From Octopus vulgaris (taxonomy: Eukaryota), in contig OX597822.1 of the NCBI GenBank assembly GCA_951406725.2, positions 61,380,001 to 61,444,000 of the forward strand: a stretch of 64,000 bases of DNA, given 5' to 3'. The notes below the pieces were generated by a model that saw only the letters and a list, made by a program, of their open reading frames with translations, ran no database searches and had not been told where the DNA came from. The position numbers and the translations under genes are program-made. Of this stretch, positions 39,303 through 52,009 are shown one piece after another; position 1 is the first letter of the stretch; the number at the start of each line of letters is the position of its first letter.

Positions 39303-42191
39303 TCATGTAAAGAGTTCAGGCCACTTGAGGTCCAGGGAGGCTTTGAACAAAGCGGTCGTCGGCATCTTCACCATCTCGTCTGGCAGCTTGTTCCACGGAT
39401 CCGCAACCCGGACGGAGAAAGCTCCTCTCCTTCGATTGAGATGAAATCGTCGCAGGTAGAGCTTTTCGGAATGACCCCGCAGCCGACGCTCCGGAGCAGG
39501 AGTGAAGAACAGCTCTTTCGAGAGGTTACACTTCCCGCTTATGATGTTGTGGGCGAGAATGAGATCACCACGGCGGCGGCGTTTTTCAAGAGAATAAAGG
39601 TCGAGCATCCTCAGCCTTTCTTCGTAGGACAAATTTTTGAGACCATGAACCATGCGGGTAGCCAGCCTCTGGACTCTTTCGAGGTGCTGTATGTCTTTGA
39701 GGAGATAAGGAGAAGAGGCTTGAATCCCATACTCCAATATGGGTCTCACCAGCGTGACATAGAGTGGCAGGAATATGGCTGCTGTGAGCATTCCGAATGA
39801 CCGTCGAATCAAGAACAGAATTCCGCGCGCTTTGTTGGCAGCATGGACGCACTGGGCCGAAGGCGAAAAGGAGGAAACCACCAAGATACCCAGGTCCTTT
39901 ACCTGATCGGTCCTCTCCAGCAGCAGACGACCCGGCTCGAAATCGAGTTGAGTTGCAGGAGTAGAGCCGACAGGCAGATGACAGCACATTGACACGTTCA
40001 GACTCAGGTCCCAATCGTTAGACCACTTCCAAATTTGGTGGAGGCATCGACGGAGATCCTCTATACTACCGCGAGGAGCGACCAGTTTGATATCGTCGGC
40101 AAATAGAAGGGTGTGTTGCGTGAGGTCGTCGGGCAAGTCATTTATGAAGACTAAGAACAACAAGGGCCCAAGCACTGAACCTTGAGGCACGCCACTGCTC
40201 GCACTGGAGACGCCGGACCGCGAACCATTAACTTGAACTTGGAAGGAGCGATCTGAGAGGAAGGCACCAACCCATCGTACAATATCCGGATGGAAACTAT
40301 ATGCTTGAAGCTTGACAAGTAGTAGGCGATGGTTTACCGAGTCAAAAGCTTTGGCAAAGTCCAATAAAACGATGTCAACAGCATCACTATCATCGAGAAT
40401 GCGCGTCACCAATTCTTCCATTACTAGTAAGTTGGTCAAGCATGATCTCTTCGGCACGAAGCCGTGTTGGGAATCAGTGATCGAGGCTGTGTTTAGGAGG
40501 TGGAGCATCATACTTTTCTTAAGGATGGTTTCGAACATCTTGCTGATTATTGATGTAAGGGAAACCGGTCGGTAGTTAAGCGGGTCTTCGCGGCTCCCTT
40601 TCTTGAAAATTGGGCAGATTATCGCTGTTCTCCAGTCTGCAGGTATAACACCCGTCGCCAATGACATATTGAATAGTCGTGTTAAGGGCTCGCAGATGAC
40701 CGGAGCCAACGCTTTGATAACCCGTGGGTGTATGCCGTCAGGGCCGTGACCCTTGTTGACATCGAGGCCTTGAATAACCCGTTTGACTTGGTCCCGCGTG
40801 ATGATCAATCGAAGCATTGGAGGTACCGATCTATCAAATGGAGGGGGTTCACGACCATCATCTTGTTTGAAAATAGTTGAAAAAGCCTCGGCAAATAATT
40901 GACTCTGTTGATAAGGGTCCTCAATCGATACGCCTGTTGAGTCTACCAACGTTGCAATCTGGTTGTTCAAGCGGGAATTCCGCTGGACATGGGCAAAGAA
41001 GGTTTTTGGATTGCTACTGGCATTTGCCGCGATTTTGTATTCATAACTGAAGCGTTCTTTCTTTTCAATTTTCACGGCTCGGTCTCGTTGAGTTTTGTAC
41101 ACCTCAAAAGCTGCAGTCGAATCCAAATTTTTGAATTCAGCCCAAGCAATATCTCTGAGTCGACGTTCTCGTTTAACCTTCTTCGTCACCCAGGGCTTGT
41201 GTTTCTTCCTCTTGGGAAGTCCAACGGGAACTGCCTGGTCAGTCAAACAGATTACATATGCTTTGAGGGATGACCATAGTTCGTCAACTGAGGACAACGT
41301 CATCAGGGAACGCCAGTCCAGTAGCGCGGAAGCCTCGGTTAGAATTTCAAGATTAATTGCAGAGAAGACTCTACGTGGCAGCGAAGTAATCGTGGGCGTG
41401 GAAAAAGTTGTGTGCATGACGAACTTCAGGACCGCATGATCACTCTTGGCAAGAGGGGCGCACACAGATACGTCTGACACTGATCTTGGATAGCGGGAGA
41501 ATACCAGATCTAGCATAGATGGCTGCTGCCCAGACCGATGCCTTGTCGGATATTCAACATGTTGCGATAGAAAACAATCTTCAGCCACGTCAAGAAGGGC
41601 CTGGCCGAAACGGGAAGATGTTGTACAAATTGATGCGGGCCAATTGATCGTGGGAGCGTTGAAGTCGCCTAGTACCAAGCAGTCATGCAAAGCTGAAACG
41701 AATCTTATCGCTTCGAGTAGATGAGCATCGTCCTGGGGGTCGGCTAGAGGCGGCCTGTAGACAGCCAACACGGGCAGGCAAAACTCAGATAGGCTCAGCT
41801 TGCAATAGACGGCATCGAATTTGGTTGTAGGTTGAGCATTTGTGGGTAGAATACCACAGGACGGTTTGTGCTCAGACTTAACATACACAGCAACACCTCC
41901 ACCTCGCCTTTTTCCTCTGTCACATCTGAAAAGGACGTAGCCCTGCAGGTGGATCTCTGAGTCCTTTACTACTGGAGTCAGCCAAGTCTCGGTGATAGCT
42001 ATCACATCAGGGGAGTCGCGTAGGGCCAGTGTAAATAGTTCACTGAACTTTGGGAATAAGGAGCACGAGTTGGTGTAGACGATGCTGAGCTGTGAAGTCT
42101 GAGGGGCGGGAGTTGGGGAACAAGCAGAATAAAGGGCATCAGAGATAGCATCGTTGACGGGGGTATCAACTTCACTTCGATTTGCCCTCAC
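39303..42191 (-). CDS. LINE ORF2: APE endonuclease + reverse transcriptase, 962 uninterrupted codons
   Basis: ITETWL, GDFN and SDH (APE); GPDG, NYRPVSLTS, DFAKAFDSV, GVPQGSVLGP, FADD (RT); CR1-type C-terminus LERVQR/YEERL/RGHS. Confidence 0.95.
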   Translation of the reverse strand: MRANRSEVDTPVNDAISDALYSACSPTPAPQTSQLSIVYTNSCSLFPKFSELFTLALRDSPDVIAITETWLTPVVKDSEIHLQGYVLFRCDRGKRRGGGVAVYVKSEHKPSCGILPTNAQPTTKFDAVYCKLSLSEFCLPVLAVYRPPLADPQDDAHLLEAIRFVSALHDCLVLGDFNAPTINWPASICTTSSRFGQALLDVAEDCFLSQHVEYPTRHRSGQQPSMLDLVFSRYPRSVSDVSVCAPLAKSDHAVLKFVMHTTFSTPTITSLPRRVFSAINLEILTEASALLDWRSLMTLSSVDELWSSLKAYVICLTDQAVPVGLPKRKKHKPWVTKKVKRERRLRDIAWAEFKNLDSTAAFEVYKTQRDRAVKIEKKERFSYEYKIAANASSNPKTFFAHVQRNSRLNNQIATLVDSTGVSIEDPYQQSQLFAEAFSTIFKQDDGREPPPFDRSVPPMLRLIITRDQVKRVIQGLDVNKGHGPDGIHPRVIKALAPVICEPLTRLFNMSLATGVIPADWRTAIICPIFKKGSREDPLNYRPVSLTSIISKMFETILKKSMMLHLLNTASITDSQHGFVPKRSCLTNLLVMEELVTRILDDSDAVDIVLLDFAKAFDSVNHRLLLVKLQAYSFHPDIVRWVGAFLSDRSFQVQVNGSRSGVSSASSGVPQGSVLGPLLFLVFINDLPDDLTQHTLLFADDIKLVAPRGSIEDLRRCLHQIWKWSNDWDLSLNVSMCCHLPVGSTPATQLDFEPGRLLLERTDQVKDLGILVVSSFSPSAQCVHAANKARGILFLIRRSFGMLTAAIFLPLYVTLVRPILEYGIQASSPYLLKDIQHLERVQRLATRMVHGLKNLSYEERLRMLDLYSLEKRRRRGDLILAHNIISGKCNLSKELFFTPAPERRLRGHSEKLYLRRFHLNRRRGAFSVRVADPWNKLPDEMVKMPTTALFKASLDLKWPELFT

Positions 42192-42940
42192 ATCACTTTC
42201 CCTGTCAGCACTACAGCATGGGACCAGAGGTAGGACTTGATTATCTGTCCATCTTGGATTCGTAAACCCTTCTCTCCCATTTGTTTCCTCATCTTTAGCT
42301 CGGATATCAGGTTCCTCCGGCGAATTCTCTCTCTTCGTGAGTATTCCTCGCGAAAACCCATATTGGGGTCCTCCCAGGCATGCGTCTGAGCTCTGTTCAG
42401 AAAGACTGAAGCCTCCCGATCAGAAGAAAAGATTACCCTTATTGGGCGTGGTCTAGTATCTGCGGTTGGGTTCGCTTGGAATCTTCCTAGCCGAGCGACC
42501 TTAAGAACACTGACATTTTCGTTCACAGAGAACAATTTTCCAACCAAAACGGAAACAAAATTAATGTCATCTTTTAGGCGGTTTATGCCTGTATCACAGG
42601 TGGATTCAGCCTTGCCATATATTATTGCCGATCTTGAGTGGGCAAAAAGTTCTCTACTATGAGCTGCGGTATTCGATTCTTCATTGGAGGATTTCGAAAG
42701 TGTGGTTTCATAGCCATCGGACTTATGTCGGCCTGTGGGGTCGATCGGAATGGATTTAGTGGTCATAATTTTCCCGCCTGGTTTGGAACTGAACTGCCTC
42801 TTCTTCGGTTTGGGGGAGCACCACTCCCCAGATGAACCCACATCGAGATCGTTCAGAATTGGTTGAGCAATGGCATTAATGGGAAGGACAAGTGAAGGAG
42901 AATCCAAACAGATTTTATCGTGATCAGGTTTCATAGCCAA
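42188..42940 (-). CDS. LINE ORF1 (nucleic-acid-binding; frame open from ~43087)
   Basis: Directly upstream of ORF2; RLG...RPRPIRVIF motif typical of CR1/L2 ORF1. Confidence 0.8.
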   Translation of the reverse strand: MAMKPDHDKICLDSPSLVLPINAIAQPILNDLDVGSSGEWCSPKPKKRQFSSKPGGKIMTTKSIPIDPTGRHKSDGYETTLSKSSNEESNTAAHSRELFAHSRSAIIYGKAESTCDTGINRLKDDINFVSVLVGKLFSVNENVSVLKVARLGRFQANPTADTRPRPIRVIFSSDREASVFLNRAQTHAWEDPNMGFREEYSRRERIRRRNLISELKMRKQMGEKGLRIQDGQIIKSYLWSHAVVLTGKVM

Positions 42941-44439
42941 ATCTGCCCCTCTGGAGTTTTGACTACGTTTCTTCTTTTGGGGAGAACAACGGTCTTCAGG
43001 TGGGTTTGAGTCTACGCTCCTCGAACTAGGTTGGGGAACCTCCGGGACCGAAAAGGCAGATGAGGAAAAGGCAGATAAAGTTATATCTCACATTCTTCCA
43101 TCTGCCCATAAGGGAACTACTTATTACTTCTAACGATACTACTTTGTACTGAGGCTATTGTAATGATTTTTGCTAAAAGAAAATGTTTTATTTATATTTC
43201 AGATATGTATTTAGAGTGTATTCAGTTTATAACTGCAGTCTCTAAAATTAACACTCAGTCCAATGTTCTAAATTTAGTAATAAGATATATAACAAATCCA
43301 GCGCTCCGTATTCAGTGATGGTATTCATATCGAGAAAAAAAAATTAGTTTGACCAAAGAAAAATTCTATGAGATATTTCTGTGCAAATAATTTTGTTAAG
43401 ACGGAATAGGTTATAAGCGTGCAAATCAGCTGAAAGAATGTATGTATGTATGTATGTATGTATGTATGTATGTATGTATGTATGTATGTATGTATGTATG
43501 TACGAGTAAAACGCCCCCACCGTCCAATGGACGGTGCTGAGTTGTCAAACATTTAAACCAAATTTTCTCAAAACAACTTGTCCGACCGTCCCATAGGCCC
43601 CCCCCGTGAGAAACACTGATTTAACCTAAATTTGAGACACCAGCAAAAGAAGAAATAAAGATAGACTTTTTCTCTGTTCCAAAGAAAAACGATTTTATTC
43701 ACTTTATCGATCGCATTCTCACCTGGAATCGATTTTTGTAATTTTTTCAAGACTTATACACGCCCTGATACAGTCGGTATCTACATCTCAAATTTGAGCG
43801 CAATCGGATGGAAGATGCCCGAGATCCTAGAAGACACACACATAGACAGAAGAACGGATTTTATATAATAGATGTATGTATGTATGTATGTATGTATGTA
43901 TGTATGTATGTATGTATGTATGTATGTATGTATGTATGAATGTATGTGTGTATGTATGTATGTATGTATGAATGCATGTATGTACGTATGTGCGTGTGTA
44001 TGTATGTATGTACGTACGTACGTACGTACCTACCTACCTACCTACCTACCAATCTATCTGTCTGTATGTCGGTCTCTGCACATGCACGTGCGCACACGCG
44101 CACACACAGATATATAAGTAGATAAATGATAGAAAATGGATTGACCGGCATTCCTAATTTTAAAATCACTACAATTGTTTCGACACATTTTACACTCATA
44201 GTACATTGGTGTGATGATATGTTTAGCATATCAGCCAAGAGTGCTAGAGATTTCTTTAACTGGAATAGTTGAAATCAAATATTTCCTTCTTCATTTTCTA
44301 TCTTACCCTCTATCACGCCATCTCTTTCTTACTCTTTCTTCTCTCTTCTTGTATATATGGTTTCTATTGCGACACATTAATTTTCTACATAAAGCAGTGG
44401 TAGTATCGCTATCTGATGAACTTTGTTAAAAGTAATGCT

Positions 44440-46100
44440 AAATCCAGTAAATATTACAAGAACTAATAGACATACGGTCAAATTATCCTACGCAACATCT
44501 AATAACTTAGAATATTACATTCATAAACTCAATAATAGGGAGCTAAACAAGGTGATCTCTTACACTATTAGTGGACGGTAAAGCTGAAAATAATCCTTAA
44601 AATACGAATTACAATAGCAAGGAAGAAAGTCAGCAATCCTGTCCACATAATTATGAAAAATGTAATAATATAGATCGTAACAAAAATGAGTATAAAGGAA
44701 ATGCTGAAAATCTCAATATTAGTTGTACTATGAACAGAAATGATGGTAGCATTGAACATCAACAGCACTAATAATAACCACAGAAACAATAAAGGAATAT
44801 AGGAAATAATAGAAATAGAAGAAAGATAGGAATAGAAAATAGAGTGGTAAGGAATTGTAATTTTAAAGTGAGGTACACGTGAATGCCTCCGTAAGAACGT
44901 AATATAGAAATATTAGTCCGCTAGCAGATGCATTTGTATATAGTGTGTGTATGTGTGTACATATATATATATGTATTGTATATGTATATATATATTTGTG
45001 TATGTGTGTGTATATATGCATGTATGTATATATATACACACACATATGTACGTCTTACATACATTTAACTATTCTTAATGCAGATGCTTCAAACATCAAT
45101 ATCGGAATCACACTGCATCGTTTACAAAAATTAACAAGAGACACTGCACATCATTCGCTGATCTGGTCTGGAAATTTAAGGTAGGAAAAGTGCAATACAA
45201 CATCACCTGACGGTGATTAAAGATGCATATCGGTACAATACATTTTCAAGATCTTGTAATCTCTGTTCCGATGAGGCACTATGCATTCTAACATGTACAG
45301 ATAAACTTGTGAATAGGCACTCCGAAATGGTTATTAAATGCAAAATTGTTTGGTAAAAACAATTAATATCTAAAACTCTACTAATGCAATCTGCTTATTT
45401 ATCGTTATTTTAAGAATAGTTAAATGTATGTAAGACGTACATATGTATGTGTATATATATACATACATGCATATATACACACACATACACAAATATATAT
45501 ATACATATACAATACATATATATATATGTACACACATACACACACATTAACTTGTACGTGAGTTAGAACTAGCCTATATTAAAATGTATAGTAAAGTTAG
45601 TAAGAAGTATGCTATGTGTCTATATGTGGGTATATCTTATTTTACTCATATGCATGTATATTTTATTTTATATAACATGATTATGATTATATAGTATTGT
45701 CTATTTCTGTTTTTAAAAACTATAAGAATGTATGTAAGAAGTACATACATATGTGTGCATATATAAATAAATGTATAGTCTAAGACTATATACAAATAGA
45801 GTAAGACCCATTTGATGGTATCCATCTTACGATGAATACGTAAGATTAAATACAATTATGAATAAACAGGCGATTCAATTCGTCCCCGGTTCGATTTAGA
45901 TACCTGATGTTTATAAGGCACAAAATGGCGAAATATCGGTATCCATCACTCCTCAATGAGACAGGAAGCGAGTTGTCACACCTTTCTATGACTTTCAGGT
46001 GTTTAACAACCAGTGCTACGAGGGAGTCGTCCCCAGAGTGCTGGACCGCAGCAAAACGGTGAACAATCATAACACATACATTGAGTATATGTGATCAATA
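44440..46100 (+). mobile_element. Decayed Penelope-like element (linker, Cys-rich motif and GIY-YIG C-terminus) with inverted 3' segment
   Basis: Fragments translate to NRHTVKLSYATSNN, CN...CLRKNVI*, FKHQYRNHTASF...VWKFK...YNIT*, SCNLCSDEALCIL...LVNRHSEMVIKCK. Inverted repeat 44944-45078 vs 45410-45546. Confidence 0.75.
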
Positions 46101-46140
<40 letters not shown>

Positions 46141-46221
46141 CGATAAGATCGATATTTAAATATCGATCTTATCAAGTGGGTAGCATGGAATAAAAACCTT
46201 ACAAAGGTAATAATAATTATT

Positions 46222-46377
46222 TAAAATTATAAATTAGGGTATCTGAGAGATACCACCACGCTAAAATAGCTGCCAAAACCTGACTCTAAAGCCACATTAA
46301 ATGTTCATATGATGTGGCTTTAGAGTCAGGTTTTGACTGCTACTTCAGCGTGGTGGTATCTCTCAGATACCCTAATT

Positions 46378-46387
<10 letters not shown>
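46222..46387. repeat. ~165-bp hairpin between (TA)n tracts, preceded by a perfect 32-bp palindrome (46142-46173)
   Basis: ttataaattagggtatctgagagatacc...ggtatctctcagataccctaatttataa. Confidence 0.8.
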
Positions 46388-46449
<62 letters not shown>

Positions 46450-46567
46450 CCGGAAAAAAGACATAAATGTGAAACAAGGTGGAAAAAAGAGTACTCAAAT
46501 ACCAGTGGTAGAGTAATATGCTTTATTGTTGAATTTTCTGCTGCTTTAAATAAAGTATATATATATA

Positions 46568-46608
<41 letters not shown>

Positions 46609-47212
46609 ACGTGCATGTGTGTATGTGTATAACACCAAATAAATAAAAAAGAAGTATAATTTGCATGAATGTGATGCAATACCCACCCAGAATTTACAGA
46701 ATATGAACAACTGAACTAGATAAATACTCAGTGCAAGAGGTACAATGGTTAAGAAAAAAGAAGTTCCATTGAAAAATTCGAGTAAAAAAAAGAAGCATAA
46801 TCCTAATAAAGAACCAAAATTTCATGAAATTATAATCAACAAATGCTAAATCAGTTAATCAATCAACGTCCTATTAGGAATCTGTATACAGTTTTGCGTA
46901 ATTAACTAAGTATATTTATATTTAAAAAATCGTAATGAACCAACTCAATAATAGCATACCTTCACAACCACAATCATAATAATTTCTAATTATCACGTAA
47001 AAATACATAACTGCAAAATAATTCATAATTCCTCATCAATAAACTTGATATTTCTATCTTATAAGATTGTCTTTACCTTTATATTTTTAAATTCATTTCT
47101 CTTATATCCATATACTGAAGTACAAGAAATATATCTATTATAAAAAAAAATCTTATAATTACTATGAAAATAAAATAATAATTCTTTAAAAAAATGAAAT
47201 TAGGAACTGCCC

Positions 47213-47251
<39 letters not shown>

Positions 47252-47252
<1 letters not shown>

Positions 47253-49124
47253 TCTTTTGTTTATCCTTAATACCTCTCTCAAAGCTGCTCAATGACGCGC
47301 AGTACGGGTATAAAATGTTTGATAAAAATATAAATCATCTCGTTTACATGGATGATTTAAAGCTTTTTGCAAAAAATGATCAACAACTCAAGGGCTTACT
47401 AGCGATAGTCAAACAATTCAGTGACGACATCAGAATGCAATTCGGCCTCGATAAATGTGAAAAGGCTACCTTTATCAAAGGAAAAATGACAGAAACATCT
47501 AACGTTAACCTTGACCAACAGAATGTCATAAAAGAACTAGACCCAGCGGAGAGCTACAAGTACCTAGGGGTAATTGAAGGGAACGGAATAAGGCATTCAG
47601 AGATGAAGGAAAGGATCAGGAGAGAATGCTATCGAAGAGTGAGAGCAATACTCAAGACAGAGCTGAATGCAAGAAACAGGATCGAAGCAATCAATGCATT
47701 AGCTATACCAGTCGTGACTTACAGTTTCAATATTGTTAACTGGTCAATTACTGAAATATGTCAGCTCGACAGAAAAATAAGGAAACTGTTGACAATGCAT
47801 AGAATGCACCACCCTAAGGCAGATACAGAACGACTCTATCTGCCAAGAAAAGAGGGAGGCCGTGGTCTTTTGCAACTGGCAATAACAATGAAGATTGCTA
47901 CAATTGGCCTAGACACCTACCTGAAAAACTCTGAGGACTGGATGTTAAAACTTGTCTCAAAACATGAAAACAAGAAAGCATCATACTCAGTCACAAAACA
48001 GGCAAAGGAATATCTAAGTGAATTCCGAATACAACCAATTTCGGAATTAGAGATAGACATACAAGAAACAAGCACAGAAAAAGCTAGGCGCATGAAAACC
48101 CGTGCCAAAACTGCGGCCTTAGATATTCTGAATAATAAATGGCAAGAAAAACCTCTCTATGGCAAATACCCAAAGAGAGCGAACAATGCAGATATCGACA
48201 AAGCCCTGACCCATCAATGGCTAATGGCCTCTGGCTTAAAATCTGAAACAGAGGGGTTTATCATAGCAGCTCAAGATCAATGCCTACCAACAAGAAACTA
48301 CCAGGCCAACATATTAAAGATCAGAAGCAGTCCAACGTGTCGTGTATGCAAGCAACAAAATGAAACCATTGACCATGTGGTCTCCAAGTGCAGTCTTCTA
48401 GCGCCTACAGAGTATCTCAACAGGCACGATAGAGCTGCACAATATATTCACTGGGTAATCTGTAAAAACCTGGATTTGCCCCATGAAAAAAACTGGTGGG
48501 AACACAAACCACCCCCAGTGCTTGAAAATGACCACATATCACTCCTCTGGAACTTCACCATTCAAACTGACAGGAAGATAGATGCAAATAGGCCAGACAT
48601 CATATTGAAAGACTTCAAACAAAGAACATGCCTCCTCATTGATATGACTGTCCCAATCGATATAAGCGTATCTGTCAGGACCTACCAAAAACTGAGCAAA
48701 TATAAAGATCTTGAAATAGAAATCAGCAAAATGTGGAAGCTGAAGACTAAAACAATACCTGTTGTCATAGGTGCCCTGGGAATGATAGCAAAAGGGGCTG
48801 ATAGCTACCTAACTCAGATACCAGGAAACCCAAAAATGGCAGAAGTTCAAAAGATAGTGCTCATGGGAACTGCTCATATCCTACGCAAAATACTCTCTAT
48901 GTAACCTCAAGGTTTAAAACAACCATAATTTTCGGTTTAAAAAAAAAAAAAAAAAAAAAAAAACTTTTTTATTTAGACATTCATTAGTACAACATCCCCA
49001 CCCGCCAAATATATGGCACACTAGGCATAACAACAACATGAACTTCCAACCCTGTTGTCTCTTGAGGTCTCTGGGTGAGACTTGGAGCCAACTTGTACAA
49101 ATATAAAGCAAAAGTCAAACATAG
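47252..49124 (+). mobile_element. 5'-truncated R4/Dong-clade non-LTR retrotransposon inserted in (TAA)n
   Basis: ORF 47315-48904 has YMDD RT, CCHC knuckle (CRVC...H...C), RHD, and REL endonuclease (RPD..LID..K..KY); (TAA)n on both sides. Confidence 0.9.
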
Positions 49125-50505
49125 AATAATAATAATAATAATAATAATAGTTTCTATTATTGACACAAGGCCTGAAATTTTTTTGGGTGGCAAGTCGATT
49201 ATATTGACCCCAGTGTTTCACTGGTACTCAATTTATCGAACCCGAAAGGATGAAAGGCAAAGTCGACCTCGGCGGAATTTGAACTTAGAACATAAAGACG
49301 GACGAAATGCGACTAAGCATTTTGTCCGGCATGCTAACGATTCTACTCGCGACGACAACAACAACAACAACAATTCTTTCTACTAAAGGCGCAAGCCTGA
49401 AATTTGGGCAGAGTGGGTTAGTCGATTACATCTGGTACTTATTTTATCGACCCCTAAAGGATTAAAGGCAAAGTCAACTTCAGTGGAATTTGAACTCAGA
49501 ACGTAAAGACAGAAGAAATGCCGCTAAGCGTATATATATATATATATATATATATATGTAATAATAAACCAATAACAATGTAATTCACATCGAGAATAAA
49601 TTAGAAATTACAACCTTTGTAATAATTCTAATCATCATAATCATAAAACTTAATTGTTAAATTTGAATAATTAACCCTCTAGTTAAAGAAAATCCAAACG
49701 AAAAAAAGTAACAAAAAAAAGATAGAAAGATATAAATCCCATATAAAAAAAAAAATCAAATTTATTTCAAATCTACAACTTCCAATGTAATTATTTTATC
49801 AAATTATTTCTTGAATATTTAAATATAATATAAAAATTTACAAAATAAAGTTATAAAAATTGAAATTATACACAAGGCAAGTATCATTTTCAAATCAAAA
49901 ATTCTAATAAATCAAACTGATAATGAGGATGCCAAACATCCACTACGACGTTGTCATTATTGAAGTTAGATCCGCCAAATATTTTAATTAAATTTCTAAT
50001 TAATGCGCGCAAAACATTGCTATTAACTACACATGTTTATCGAATGCTAGAAAGGAACAATCACGAATGAGTAATCGGTGCCAAGATATTTCACTGCAAA
50101 ATTATGGCCTTTTTCATTGTTCATGCTGATTTTATTTTAGCTATAGTGAAGATAAAAAGCTTAATGAAAACACGCATCGTGCTGTTACATGCCTTAGGAA
50201 GTGTACTAAAAGAGTTTGTTGTTTATAAAGTGTCAATACGAACACATTTTCCCAACGAAAACTACCTCTTGTACAAGCCTACGATCTGCTGAGTGCATGA
50301 TATAGCCAGCATGAAAATAATAATTAATAAAACATAAATATAGGCGTAGGAGTGGCTGTGTGGTAAGTTACTTGCTTACCAACCACATGGTTCTGGGTTC
50401 AGTCCCACTGCGTGACACCTTGGGTAAGTGTCTTCTACTATAGTCTCGGGCCGACCAAAGCCTTGTGAGTGGATTTGGTTGACGGAAACTGAAAGAAGCC
50501 CGTCG

Positions 50506-50562
<57 letters not shown>

Positions 50563-51171
50563 CTGTGTTTGTCCCCCCCAACATCACTTGACAACCGATG
50601 CTGGTGCGTTTACGTCCCCGTAACATAGCGGTTCGGCAAAAAAGACCGATAGAATAAATACTAGGCTTACAAAGAATAAGTCCTGGGGTCGATTTGCTCG
50701 ACTAAAGGCGGTGCTCCAGCATGGCCACAGTCAAATAACTGAAACAAGCAAAAGAGTAAAACACGTTTCTTCATCAGAATAACTTTTCGCGGAAAAAAGG
50801 AAAAATAAATAAATAAATAGATAAAACGCACTTTCACATTATCACCTGGCAACCACATATTTTACTTTCATGGAGGACTGGACACAACGAGGTACCAATA
50901 TTTCTTATTCACCTCAACCATCTTATTTCACCTCAGCCATCAAGCCATATTCAAGCTTATCACAAACGGTATAGAAAGAGGAAAATTTGAAAGTTTTCGG
51001 ACGAGATGAAAAGTAACCAAAGTTGTGTTTTGCGCCGATGTCTAATGTTGGTTATTTTGTACAGGTCACGATGATGGAAACGAAGATGGAAAAAGACGAA
51101 CGTGTTGAAGCTATGTTGGTGATAGTCATAGTGAAGGAGGAGAAAGGAGGTGCTAGGGTGAAGGTGGTAGT

Positions 51172-51400
51172 AGCGAACTGGCAGAAACGTTAGCACGCCG
51201 GGCGAAATGCTTAGCGGTATTTCGTCTGCGTTACGTTGTGAGTTCAAATTCCGCCGAGGTCGACTTTGCCTTTCATCCTTTCGGGGTCGATAAATTAAGT
51301 ACCAGTTACGAACTGGGGTCGATGTAATCGACTTAATACCTATGTCTGTCCTTGTTTGTTCCCTCTGTGTTTAGCCCCTTGTGGGTAATAAAGAAATAGG
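51172..51400 (+). mobile_element. Nin/Deu-domain-like SINE; copies at ~8440-8646, 9075-9497 (tandem), 17720-17920, 49150-49530, 57545-57708, 60855-61266
   Basis: gaggtcgactttgcctttcatcctttcggggtcgataaattaagtaccag core. Confidence 0.75.
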
Positions 51401-51856
51401 TAGTAGTTGTGAGGATGGATACAACGGTGTTAGTGATGAGGACGCTGAAAGATAGGTGTAGACGACAGTTGTGACGTTGCTTAGGAGAGAGGAAAAGCAA
51501 TAATCGCCGATGGAGTTGATAAAATGAAGATTTAATAGATATTCCGTTAAGAAATTCGTGAGAAATTTACGACAATAACTTAATAATGTCGTCAGAATAA
51601 CTTTCGTTGAACGACTCTTCTGGAAATTCAGAATTTCTAATTTTTTTATAAAGTAGATGTCCCATTATTTTTCCTACACATGTACACACACACGCACACA
51701 CATACACACACACAAATGAAAATCTATGTGTATATAAACATGCATATTTATATGGTGGCAATGTATATGCATACATACCTACATACCTACATGCATGCAT
51801 GCATACATACATACATACATACATACTTACACACACACACAAACACACACACACAT

Positions 51857-51941
<85 letters not shown>

Positions 51942-52009
51942 CACACATACACCCACATTTATGTATTTGTATGCACGTATATATATACGTATATACGTAT
52001 GAATATATA

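Larger units (their letters stand above)
39219..43310 (-). mobile_element. Near full-length CR1-clade LINE with (TAAC)n 3' tail
   Basis: Two ORFs, markedly more GC-rich than flanks, gttagttagttag tail at 39219-39238. Confidence 0.9.

Noticed and set aside
45898-45943. Hammerhead-like gatac-CTGATGT...GAAA...gtatc in the Penelope 3' region
   Set aside because: Core A9 is altered and stems II/III do not pair convincingly; at most a heavily decayed remnant.
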